Source: an uncultured Bdellovibrionales bacterium
GTDB lineage: Bacteria; Patescibacteriota; Minisyncoccia; Moranbacterales; UBA11712
Length of the DNA stretch: 50,094 nucleotides
Assembly: GCA_964543275.1 (NCBI GenBank)
Contig: CAZIWW010000001.1
Location: 36,003-86,096, forward strand
Direction of reading: 5' to 3'
The notes beneath the pieces are model-generated. The model saw only the letters and a program-made list of their open reading frames with translations. It did not search any database and was not told the DNA's origin. This document shows, one piece after another, positions 1 to 7,805 of the stretch. Position numbers and translations under genes: made by a program. How positions within the stretch are numbered: the stretch's first letter is position 1; each line of letters opens with the position of its first letter.

Positions 1-16
1 AAAGAATTTCCACTGC

Positions 17-50
17 TAAAAGCGGCTGGGGAACCAGCCGCTTTTGATTT
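17..50. terminator. Hairpin terminator (bidirectional type) downstream of the first GT-C gene
   Basis: AGCGGCTGG-GGAA-CCAGCCGCT, a perfect 9-bp stem at 21-42, flanked by an A-run and a T-run. Confidence 0.6.
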
Positions 51-60
51 TGCCATATGA

Positions 61-1953
61 TTATTTTATATCCTCAATCTTGTAAATCATTATAGAATGC
101 CCGATTGAGGCGTAAGGCTCGCGGGCGCGCAGCCATCCGTAGTCGGGTTCGCCGAAATTTATTTTATAATAGAGCGAGTTTTGCAGGAAAGTGGCCGAGA
201 CAGCGTACCAGCCGTTTTCTTGCCCTCTGTCGGCGTGCCAGATAATGGCTTTGTCCCCCAGATAATGCTTTACGTCTCCGCCGCCGAAATAATCGACCCG
301 GATTTTGTCGATATTATTTTCTTCAACCCAACGGGCCAGTCTTTTTAATTCTTGTCCCCAGTCCACGTTGGAGTCGGTTACATATTTGTAGCCGTTTTTT
401 GATCCGCCGACGAGTTCGTTAAAGTAGGCTAGATAATATGGGTAAGCGAAAGCTGTTTCGGCGATCAGCCAAATAATAAGAATTGAGATTATTCCGCTAA
501 AAACTTTTTTATAATTTTTCTTGAGCTTGCCGCCAAAGACAACTATTTCTTTGGATACTAGAATATAAACGAAGGGCAAAATAGGGAAAAGATGGCGAAG
601 GCCGATGTTAAGATTTCCGGTAATGCTGGTGTAAAGATAAACGGTTATAAAAAGGAGCATGGAAAATTCGGCGATATTGCGGTTAAGATATTTTTTTAGA
701 TTTGCGAAAACCAATTTTGGAAATCTCCGCGCGTTATTCTTGAGAAATAACCAAAAGCCAATTGCCATAGCTGAAAGAATTAAAACTAAACTGGGTATGG
801 GCTCTTTAATAAGAAAAACTAATGGGAAGTAAGAAGTAAAACTTTGGTTGGTGACTTCGCCAAAGAAGTAAGTGGTGTTGCCGCCGGAGACGCGGCCGAT
901 TACCATAAGTAGTCCGGTGAAGTACTGACTGTAAGGACGCAAGACAGGGTTATCGGCCATTTGATGAAGATGGGGAGCAATTGATTGCTGAAGCCCGCCG
1001 TAGAGCTGGGTGTCAATGAGTTGATGGATTTTTCCCGCCGGCATTTTGTAGATATTGATGGCGTAAACAACCCATATTACCAAAAAGCAGATGATTGCAA
1101 CGAGGACGAAAGAGGAAAAGTAAAGGTAAATTTTGCGCAGCCGCAGTTTTTTGATTTTAGATGAACCTAGGAAGGAAAAGTTGATTTTTTCTTTTCTGAA
1201 AATTGCGTACAGGAGAAGAATCAGTCCGAAAACTGGAAACAGCAAGACAGCCGAGAATTTTGCCAGTTGAGCCAATCCAAGGAAAATTCCGGCTAAAATT
1301 ATTGTTTTGTAATTTGGCGTTTTTAAGTATTTAACGAAGAAATAAAAAGCGAAGAATAAGAAAGCGGCGATGCCGAGATCGGTGGTGACATAATGGTTAT
1401 GCCCGAGAATGTTTGGGTCAAAAGCGTAGAGGGTTAAAGCTAGCAGTCCAGCCTTGATTCCGAAAAGTTCCTTGGCCCAAAAATAAATAAACCAGCCTAA
1501 GAGGAGAGAGATAAGAATAATGGGGAGACGGGACCAAAATAAAATTTGTTCGGTGTTGTTATTGGGGAAGTAAACCCCGCACCAATTTTCGATTTTAGAA
1601 ATAAGTTTATCCTTTTCGTCAGGCGAATTTTGTTCTTGGGAAATTGGCGACGGGTAAATAAATCTCCACCCCGCGTTCCACTGACCATTGGCATCGGTAG
1701 TCCAGAATTCTTCGTTAACGGGAAAGGTTAAGTTAAGAAACTGCAAAGGTATTCCGGACAAGTCCTTGATTAACGGCGGATGCTCTGGATTAAGCCGAAA
1801 GTCGTGATACTTGAGGTAAGTGTAGCCTGCCGGAATGTGAGCTACTTCGTCCATAATAGCCGCGTCGCCTAGGGAGACGCCAAGGGAAACGATAAACATA
1901 ATAACAAGGATGGCGGCTACGATGAATTTTGAGTATTTTTCGAGCAACTTCAT
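61..1953 (-). CDS. GT-C fold glycosyltransferase, ArnT/PMT-like (GT39/GT83-type), polytopic membrane protein
   Basis: 630-aa multi-TM ORF. First extracytoplasmic loop has the motif AIMDEVAHIPAGY (acidic DE motif). Soluble C-terminal domain. Confidence 0.7.
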   Translation of the reverse strand: MKLLEKYSKFIVAAILVIMFIVSLGVSLGDAAIMDEVAHIPAGYTYLKYHDFRLNPEHPPLIKDLSGIPLQFLNLTFPVNEEFWTTDANGQWNAGWRFIYPSPISQEQNSPDEKDKLISKIENWCGVYFPNNNTEQILFWSRLPIILISLLLGWFIYFWAKELFGIKAGLLALTLYAFDPNILGHNHYVTTDLGIAAFLFFAFYFFVKYLKTPNYKTIILAGIFLGLAQLAKFSAVLLFPVFGLILLLYAIFRKEKINFSFLGSSKIKKLRLRKIYLYFSSFVLVAIICFLVIWVVYAINIYKMPAGKIHQLIDTQLYGGLQQSIAPHLHQMADNPVLRPYSQYFTGLLMVIGRVSGGNTTYFFGEVTNQSFTSYFPLVFLIKEPIPSLVLILSAMAIGFWLFLKNNARRFPKLVFANLKKYLNRNIAEFSMLLFITVYLYTSITGNLNIGLRHLFPILPFVYILVSKEIVVFGGKLKKNYKKVFSGIISILIIWLIAETAFAYPYYLAYFNELVGGSKNGYKYVTDSNVDWGQELKRLARWVEENNIDKIRVDYFGGGDVKHYLGDKAIIWHADRGQENGWYAVSATFLQNSLYYKINFGEPDYGWLRAREPYASIGHSIMIYKIEDIK

Positions 1954-1963
1954 TAAGTTAAGA

Positions 1964-2121
1964 GTCCAAAGTGTAAAATTAAAGTTGCGGTTTAAAATTA
2001 AAAGCTGCTGGCAAACGTATTCAATAACTTTGAACTTTAAACCGCCGCGCTCGGCTTCGTCCCGCCAAGGAGGGATTAAGGCGGGCGGGCAGCTTTTCGC
2101 TTTTAACTTTACGCTTTGAAC
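1964..2121. repeat. Long imperfect hairpin element (AAAG/AAAC-type arms) with a GC-rich inner hairpin
   Basis: Left arm GTCCAAAGTGTAAAATTAAAG...AAAAGCTGC (1964-2008) pairs with right arm GCAGCTTTTCGCTTTTAACTTTACGCTTTGAAC (2089-2121). Inner stem CCCGCC (2061-2066) / GGCGGG (2084-2089). Confidence 0.6.
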
Positions 2122-3800
2122 TAATTAATATTGATCACAAAAAAATCTATCTCGCTGCCGGGTTGAGAAATCACTTTCATAGTTATAGCATTGGAAAAAA
2201 CTGCTCTTATTTTATTTTCTATGCCCTTATCATAATTCATTAAAACTACTTTAGCTATAGGCTTCAAGCTGGCGGGATTAAAATTTGGATCGAGGTAGCT
2301 GATACTCGGTGTCTTAGAATAAGTTAACAACTTGATCACGTGAGCCGAGATTGGCAATCCGTCGTCCATTGTTTTTCCGCCGCCGTTAACAACCACATAC
2401 TTGTTAATATCTTCCGGTAATTCATTGAGATAGGCGGCCATCTCCGTAAAGTTCTGATTGAAAGCTTGACGGACTTCAAGACTTTGGCCCCAGTCTATAA
2501 AATATCTTTTCACGGAAACGAACCCGCTCCAGGTGATAGATAAAATTAAAAAGATATAGATTACTGTTTTGAGATTAGCGCTTTTAATTTTGTCAGTTTG
2601 CCTAAAAACCAGCTCGATAAAGCAAGCGGATATAAGCAAGACCGCGGGAAGCGCGCCGATAACGCGGAGTGAATGGGGGAGACCTTCGTAAGTTAAAATT
2701 CCCGGAAGAAGCATAACGGCAAACCAAGATAAAAGCAAAACGGTGATCGCAAGATTATCGTTGTGTTTTCGATTTTTAATTCTTTGATACATTAAGTGAA
2801 AAAATTGCCAAGCAAGATAACCGAGTCCGGCTAGAAAAAACAAGCCGATTATGAATTGGAGCTCTGGCTGGGAAGGCAGGTTGTGCCGCCAGTTTTGGTC
2901 TCCGTGAAAATTAAAAGATCCTAAATTTAGAGCGGCGCTGATTCCCAAAGCTTTAAAGAGATGACCTTGATTTACTTCCGGATTTAGCACCGAGACGCTG
3001 CCGGTTCTGGCACTGAAATGTTCAGGATGCGAATAGAAATCTGCCAGCATCGGAGAAGCTGTTAGAAGCGCGAGTAGTGTAAACACGGCAATTTCTTTCC
3101 AATGATTTTTTAGAAAGTTTTTCTTGGCTGCGATTAAGGCGGCCAGCAGGGCTATTAAAATAAGCGGAGCTATGCGGAAGGCGATATAAGTATGGATTCC
3201 CAGGCCGAAGAAAACACCGGCTAAAATATAATTGTATAATTTTTTGGTTCGCAGGCCGCGGAGCAGGAAGTAGAACGAGAAAACCAAGACGAACGGGAGC
3301 ATAATAGCCCGAAAGGCGATGCGGCTGAAGTTGAGATGCCAAAAGGAAGTAGCGGTTAAAAATCCGGCGATGGCGCCTGCTCGCCAGCCGCCGAACAATT
3401 CCCTGGCCAAAAGAATCATTCCCAAAACGGTAAAAATCCCGAAAGCGGCCGACCATATCCGAAGCGTTGCCGCGCTGACGCCGAACAGCTTAAATCCCAA
3501 GGCGATAAGATTTATAAACAATCCCTCCCGGCCGTAGTTGTTTTCGTAAAAAAGTTTCCAGTGGCTGGCCTCGTTGGCTTGGATAGCGTCGGTTCCGTGA
3601 ATGGCTTCGTCTGGATAAACTCCAGGAGGCAAACTCTCAAGGTGATAAATTCTAACAAATAAGGCAACGAACAAAATAATTCCCACAAGAACCGGGTAGG
3701 CATATTTTTTGTATTTCAGCCAATCTGTGGATTTGCTTCGTTCCTTTCTGTGGTCAAATTTAGTTTTTCCCCTCGATACTTTTTTGGTATTTTTTTTCAT
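2121..3800 (-). CDS. GT-C fold glycosyltransferase, ArnT/PMT-like, second tandem copy
   Basis: 559-aa multi-TM ORF. Loop motif PGVYPDEAIHG follows TM1. Same architecture as 61-1953. Confidence 0.7.
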   Translation of the reverse strand: MKKNTKKVSRGKTKFDHRKERSKSTDWLKYKKYAYPVLVGIILFVALFVRIYHLESLPPGVYPDEAIHGTDAIQANEASHWKLFYENNYGREGLFINLIALGFKLFGVSAATLRIWSAAFGIFTVLGMILLARELFGGWRAGAIAGFLTATSFWHLNFSRIAFRAIMLPFVLVFSFYFLLRGLRTKKLYNYILAGVFFGLGIHTYIAFRIAPLILIALLAALIAAKKNFLKNHWKEIAVFTLLALLTASPMLADFYSHPEHFSARTGSVSVLNPEVNQGHLFKALGISAALNLGSFNFHGDQNWRHNLPSQPELQFIIGLFFLAGLGYLAWQFFHLMYQRIKNRKHNDNLAITVLLLSWFAVMLLPGILTYEGLPHSLRVIGALPAVLLISACFIELVFRQTDKIKSANLKTVIYIFLILSITWSGFVSVKRYFIDWGQSLEVRQAFNQNFTEMAAYLNELPEDINKYVVVNGGGKTMDDGLPISAHVIKLLTYSKTPSISYLDPNFNPASLKPIAKVVLMNYDKGIENKIRAVFSNAITMKVISQPGSEIDFFVININ

Positions 3801-4185
3801 TTTTATTTTGACAATTTTTGCGGGGATGTCTCTGCCGGAATATCTTCGTTTCTCTGCTGAATATTTTATCTCATCTGCAGTTTACCAGCAAATTTTTTAG
3901 ATTAATTGAAAATTGACGTATAATATGCGATCGCATTTAAGTGTTAAAATGGTTTTGTGTTTTTGGGTCAGGTTTACGTTATTTGTGTTAGTTTGGAAAA
4001 GTTGTGTGCTTTGCGGCTTTGCTGTGGTTTGCTGTGGTTGTATTAAGTAATTTGACCGCTGTGAGAGTGATCGAGTTACTTGAGCACATGTCCATTTGGA
4101 TAAAATTGCAAAACATGTTATTATAACACCATAACTTGCAAAAGGTGCTTTTCTCGCCTTTTGTCTTGGCGTAAAGAAAACAAAA

Positions 4186-5688
4186 GTGCTTAAGGGAATA
4201 GAAATCTCAAGTAAAATAAAAATCCTTATCATCAGCTCCGTGGCATTGGTTGTATTATTTATACTGTGCCCTTTTGAGCTAGGCGCGGTTTCTTCGGATG
4301 CTGGTCAGGGAGCTAAAGTAACAACGGCTCAAGCCCAGACGGCCGAAGAAGTTTCCGATGACTACGAGCTTTATCAGAAGTATCTTTTGTATAAAAAATA
4401 TAAGAAGAAGCGACTTTATAAAAAATACAAGAAATATAAAAAATACAAAAAAAAGTATAAATTTGATAGTAAGGCGGAGAGAAGACAGTATAAAGAATAC
4501 TACAAGCTTTATAAGCTCTACAAAAAAAATCCTGGTCGCTACAAGCGCTATGCCAGATATTACGAACAGTACAAAAAGTACCGCGGGTATAAACATAAGT
4601 ACAAGCCTTACCGAAAATACAAAAAGTACGGTAAGTATAGAAAGTATAACAAGGCTTCTTATAATAAGTATAAAAAATACGGATCAAAAGCTTATAAAGA
4701 TGGCTACAGCCGATACTTGAATGCCCAGGGAAAACAGACAACGGGGATAGTTAACTTGGGCGAGGCTGATTTAGGTGGTGGATTGCTTGGCCCGAACATC
4801 TCGGTTGGCATTCAGAGCTATACTAAAAATGATTTGAGGAACAGCCCTTTTAAGATCAGCGCCAACAAAGACTATAACATCAGAGACAAGAACGGGAATA
4901 TAATCGCTTCGGTTTCTGCGTCTGCTCGGACTAAGGTTAAATACGCTTCGGGCGGCAATCTGAAGATATATGGATCAATAACAGAGAGGACTGTAGCTGC
5001 GGAGGTCAGGTTTGACGCCACCGACGGCAATAACGATGATTTGATTTTTGATGTAAATAAGCCTGGCTCAAGTTACGATCGTTACCGCGGTAAAATAAAA
5101 CTTCGCTTTTACGACAGCTCTAAATCCAACTGCGATCGCATTTGGGTTATCAACACTCTGCCGCTGGAGCATTATGTCTGGGGAATGGGGGAGATTAGCG
5201 GGACGGGACCAATGGCTCATAATCGGGTGATGACCACCAGCTACAGGACTTACGGTTATTGGAAAATTAAATTCAGCACTAAGTACGCCGCCCAGGGTTT
5301 TAAAGTCGACGCCACATCTGGCAACCAGATTTATTATGGCTATGATTACGAAATAGCGCACCCCAGAATTAGGTCAGCCGCTGAAGATACTCGCGGAAAA
5401 ATTGTAATGTATCACGGTAAAATAGCTATTACTCCTTATAGTTCTTGGACCGACGGGCGGACCCGCAGTTGGAAAGAGCGCTGGGGGTCGAGTAATTATC
5501 CTTGGTGCAAGTCTGTTCCTGACCCATACGGCAAACATCCCTCCAAAAGTACTTCTCAATTGGTGCGAGAAGGAAATCATATGGTGGGTTTAAGCGCCCA
5601 CGGCTCGCTCGACCGAGGCGACCATTGGGATTGGGAAAGGATTTTAAAATATTATTACAGCGGGATAGATATTGTTGGGGTGTATTAA
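4186..5688 (+). CDS. SpoIID/LytB-domain protein with an N-terminal anchor and a Lys/Tyr-rich low-complexity segment
   Basis: GTG start and a hydrophobic N-terminus. K/Y/R-rich stretch of about 120 aa. C-terminal motifs LPLEHYVWGMGE and TRGKIVMYHGKIAITPYSSWTDGRTRS resemble the SpoIID amidase-enhancer family. Confidence 0.6.
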   Translation: MLKGIEISSKIKILIISSVALVVLFILCPFELGAVSSDAGQGAKVTTAQAQTAEEVSDDYELYQKYLLYKKYKKKRLYKKYKKYKKYKKKYKFDSKAERRQYKEYYKLYKLYKKNPGRYKRYARYYEQYKKYRGYKHKYKPYRKYKKYGKYRKYNKASYNKYKKYGSKAYKDGYSRYLNAQGKQTTGIVNLGEADLGGGLLGPNISVGIQSYTKNDLRNSPFKISANKDYNIRDKNGNIIASVSASARTKVKYASGGNLKIYGSITERTVAAEVRFDATDGNNDDLIFDVNKPGSSYDRYRGKIKLRFYDSSKSNCDRIWVINTLPLEHYVWGMGEISGTGPMAHNRVMTTSYRTYGYWKIKFSTKYAAQGFKVDATSGNQIYYGYDYEIAHPRIRSAAEDTRGKIVMYHGKIAITPYSSWTDGRTRSWKERWGSSNYPWCKSVPDPYGKHPSKSTSQLVREGNHMVGLSAHGSLDRGDHWDWERILKYYYSGIDIVGVY

Positions 5689-5689
5689 G

Positions 5690-5830
5690 GAAGTTTAAAG
5701 TTTAAAACTCAAAGCTCAAAATTATAGTGTCGTCCGTCTGCCAGCCCGCAGCAGATGCAGCGTTTCTGGCGGGCAACGGTATTGCATTTCGGGCAGGCTT
5801 CGCGACGACATTTTGTAATTTAATTAATAG
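5690..5830. repeat. Periodic-motif arm (TTTAAAACTCAAAGCTCAAAA) followed by a GC-rich structured core
   Basis: The core is closed by TGTCGTC ... GACGACA. It contains the 15-mer GCATTTCGGGCAGGC (5784-5798), which recurs at 18429-18443. Confidence 0.5.
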
Positions 5831-5839
5831 TATGTCACG

Positions 5840-6358
5840 ATGAAAACCAACAATCTTTTTTTGAAAATAATCTTTGTTGCTTTGGCGGCTGTTATTTTGT
5901 ATTGGGGTTTCGGCGCAATCAAGGAGCGCTATTTTAATAAATCCTCCGAGGGAAATTCTGTACAAGAAGAAGCGCAGAAAGACAAAGAAGCTGTTGAAGA
6001 TGAAAGCGGCGAGGGCTTGAAAGAAGAAATACGGGAAGAGTCGGGCGAGGGCGAGTCGGAAACCGGCATGGAAGGCGACCACCTTTATGTTACCCGCGAG
6101 GACTGCGAAAATAGATGTGAGAAGTTTAAGGACAGCGAAGAGAATCTGAAGTATTGTCAGGAAGTTTGCGGTCTAGTTCCAATTTCCGAAGTTGAAAACT
6201 GCGATGGCTTGGAAGGCCTGGAAAGGGATTATTGTCTCAAAGATTTGGCTGTTAGGAAAAAAGACGACAATATCTGCGACGAGATCAGAGATAACAAAAT
6301 CAAGCAAGTTTGCCGCAATCGGGTGGCGGAAGAAATTTTGAGCGAGATGGGATTGTAA
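5840..6358 (+). CDS. Hypothetical membrane-anchored acidic, Cys-rich protein
   Basis: 172-aa ORF with an N-terminal TM (IIFVALAAVILYWGF), an acidic linker and a C-terminal half with regularly spaced Cys. Followed by a terminator. Confidence 0.5.
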   Translation: MKTNNLFLKIIFVALAAVILYWGFGAIKERYFNKSSEGNSVQEEAQKDKEAVEDESGEGLKEEIREESGEGESETGMEGDHLYVTREDCENRCEKFKDSEENLKYCQEVCGLVPISEVENCDGLEGLERDYCLKDLAVRKKDDNICDEIRDNKIKQVCRNRVAEEILSEMGL

Positions 6359-6368
6359 AAGATAAAAA

Positions 6369-6394
6369 GCGCAGAGACAAACTCCGCGTTTTTG
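6369..6394 (+). terminator. Rho-independent terminator candidate
   Basis: GCGCAGAG-ACAAA-CTCCGCG stem (one mismatch) followed by TTTTTGTTT. Confidence 0.55.
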
Positions 6395-6439
6395 TTTAAG
6401 TAAGCGTCTTAAGAACCATAAAGCGCGCAAAGTTCGGAC

Positions 6440-6483
6440 TTATCCACAGAAGTTTTTTATTGCGGAGAGTTTTGTGGTATAAT
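6440..6483 (+). promoter_or_regulatory. Extended -10 promoter preceded by a perfect DnaA-box 9-mer
   Basis: TTATCCACA at 6440-6448. TGG-TATAAT (extended -10) at 6475-6483. ATG 6490 lies 7 nt after the -10 with no SD. Confidence 0.5.
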
Positions 6484-6489
6484 TTAGGC

Positions 6490-7803
6490 ATGAATAATAA
6501 AGAGAAAGACAATCATTGGCCATATAAGGAACCTTTCTCTTCCAAGAAGCGTCCTGGGAAAATAATTCTTTCAGAAAAAGAGAGAAATAATCTTGCGAAT
6601 GAAATCATCTCTTCTATTTTTAATGATTCAAATAATACTTTAAGTCTTGAAGGGCATAACCGTGATTCTAGTATTGACGCGAAGGGCGAAAAACTAAGTT
6701 CAGAAAAAGAATTAAATTTCGAGGAACAGGCGCGCGGAGAGATTAGAAACGCTTTCGATTCGTTTTTTCGGGAAATTAAGGCGCTTGTTGGCAGAGAAGG
6801 CATAAAAGGGTTATTAGAAATTGGGATTAATGCTAATAGTCTGGAAAAGGAGCTTCATATTTTTAACGACGAAAAAATTATTAAGCGATGTTGCGAGACC
6901 GTTCTTAAAATTTTTCACAACAAACAGGATAACGGTCTCGGTATTAGAAATTGGGCGAATACGGTTGTTGAAACGGCTTTGAGAAAGGAAGGAGAGGAAA
7001 TAGCAAAAGCGCTCGATGTTATTAGAAATAGAAAGATAAGTAGCGGCGAAGTGAAAATAGGAAAGGTGATTAGGAGAAAGTCGCCTGAGTCTGATGATGT
7101 TCTTTCAGCTAAGAGCGAAGCTCCATCCGGAGAAGGGGAAATTGTTCTCGGGAATGAACAAGAGGTAAGTGAGGATGATCTTCAAGAGCAGTTAAAAGAA
7201 ACGGTGAGAGGGATTGTTAACAGTGAAATAGAGAAGATTAAAAACGAAAGCCTGATAAGCCGAGGAGTGAAATACGACAGTTACATTGAAGGAAAAATTA
7301 AATCTCAATGGTTAAAGGCCGGTGAGTTAACTGGCGACGAAATTAGCGAGATAGCAAAAAAATATCTGGAAGAGAGACAAAAAGTCGCGGATGCCGTGAC
7401 GGAAGATATTCTGGAGAATCTTGAACTAAATCCGGGCAGAAAGAAAGACGAAGGATACATTTCAACACTCGCTTTTTTGTGGACTAGAAAGAAAATTTTC
7501 GAATACGCGGAAGAGTATTTGGAAAACAAAAAGGTTTCTGAAAAAGGAAAGTTAGATTTTACTCCGGAACAGCAGGAGGCTGTTGATTTGTTATTAGAGG
7601 AAGCATCAGGATACAACGAAGAAATTGCTGGCATTTTGGAGAGAAGCGGCAAGGCGAAGTTTTATACTGCTGAAAATATAAGCAATCTTATTGAATCTCA
7701 TTTAAGAGAATTAATTTTCAAAAATTTTGTGGAAGATAAATTTTTTTCAGATAGTGACGTTGAAAAAGTGGTTAAGCATGTTTTAGAAAATTTAAATAAG
7801 TAG
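6490..7803 (+). CDS. Hypothetical acidic, predicted helical protein (no family recognised)
   Basis: Long ORF. Start moved to ATG 6490 because the promoter lies inside the TTG-6460 extension. No TM; E/K-rich. Confidence 0.55.
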   Translation: MNNKEKDNHWPYKEPFSSKKRPGKIILSEKERNNLANEIISSIFNDSNNTLSLEGHNRDSSIDAKGEKLSSEKELNFEEQARGEIRNAFDSFFREIKALVGREGIKGLLEIGINANSLEKELHIFNDEKIIKRCCETVLKIFHNKQDNGLGIRNWANTVVETALRKEGEEIAKALDVIRNRKISSGEVKIGKVIRRKSPESDDVLSAKSEAPSGEGEIVLGNEQEVSEDDLQEQLKETVRGIVNSEIEKIKNESLISRGVKYDSYIEGKIKSQWLKAGELTGDEISEIAKKYLEERQKVADAVTEDILENLELNPGRKKDEGYISTLAFLWTRKKIFEYAEEYLENKKVSEKGKLDFTPEQQEAVDLLLEEASGYNEEIAGILERSGKAKFYTAENISNLIESHLRELIFKNFVEDKFFSDSDVEKVVKHVLENLNK

Positions 7804-7805
7804 TT

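Noticed and set aside
3022-3703. ORFs 3022-3456(-), 3319-3537(+) and 3512-3703(-) inside the second GT-C gene
   Set aside because: They are alternative-frame or antisense ORFs within a well-supported polytopic membrane protein gene.
3897-4232. 111-aa minus-strand ORF in the divergent spacer
   Set aside because: It runs through the C/A-rich complement of the G/T tract and through promoter-like sequences, overlaps the SpoIID-like start, and has no SD.
4279-4741. ORFs 4279-4596(-), 4313-4741(-) and 4358-4720(+) overlapping the SpoIID-like gene
   Set aside because: They are by-products of the AAR/TAY low-complexity DNA that encodes the Lys/Tyr-rich segment. Their products are implausible low-complexity sequences.
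5702-6082. 126-aa minus-strand ORF overlapping the 5840-6358 gene and the GC-rich repeat core
   Set aside because: It is antisense to a gene with a clear TM and domain organisation, and it begins inside a structured repeat.
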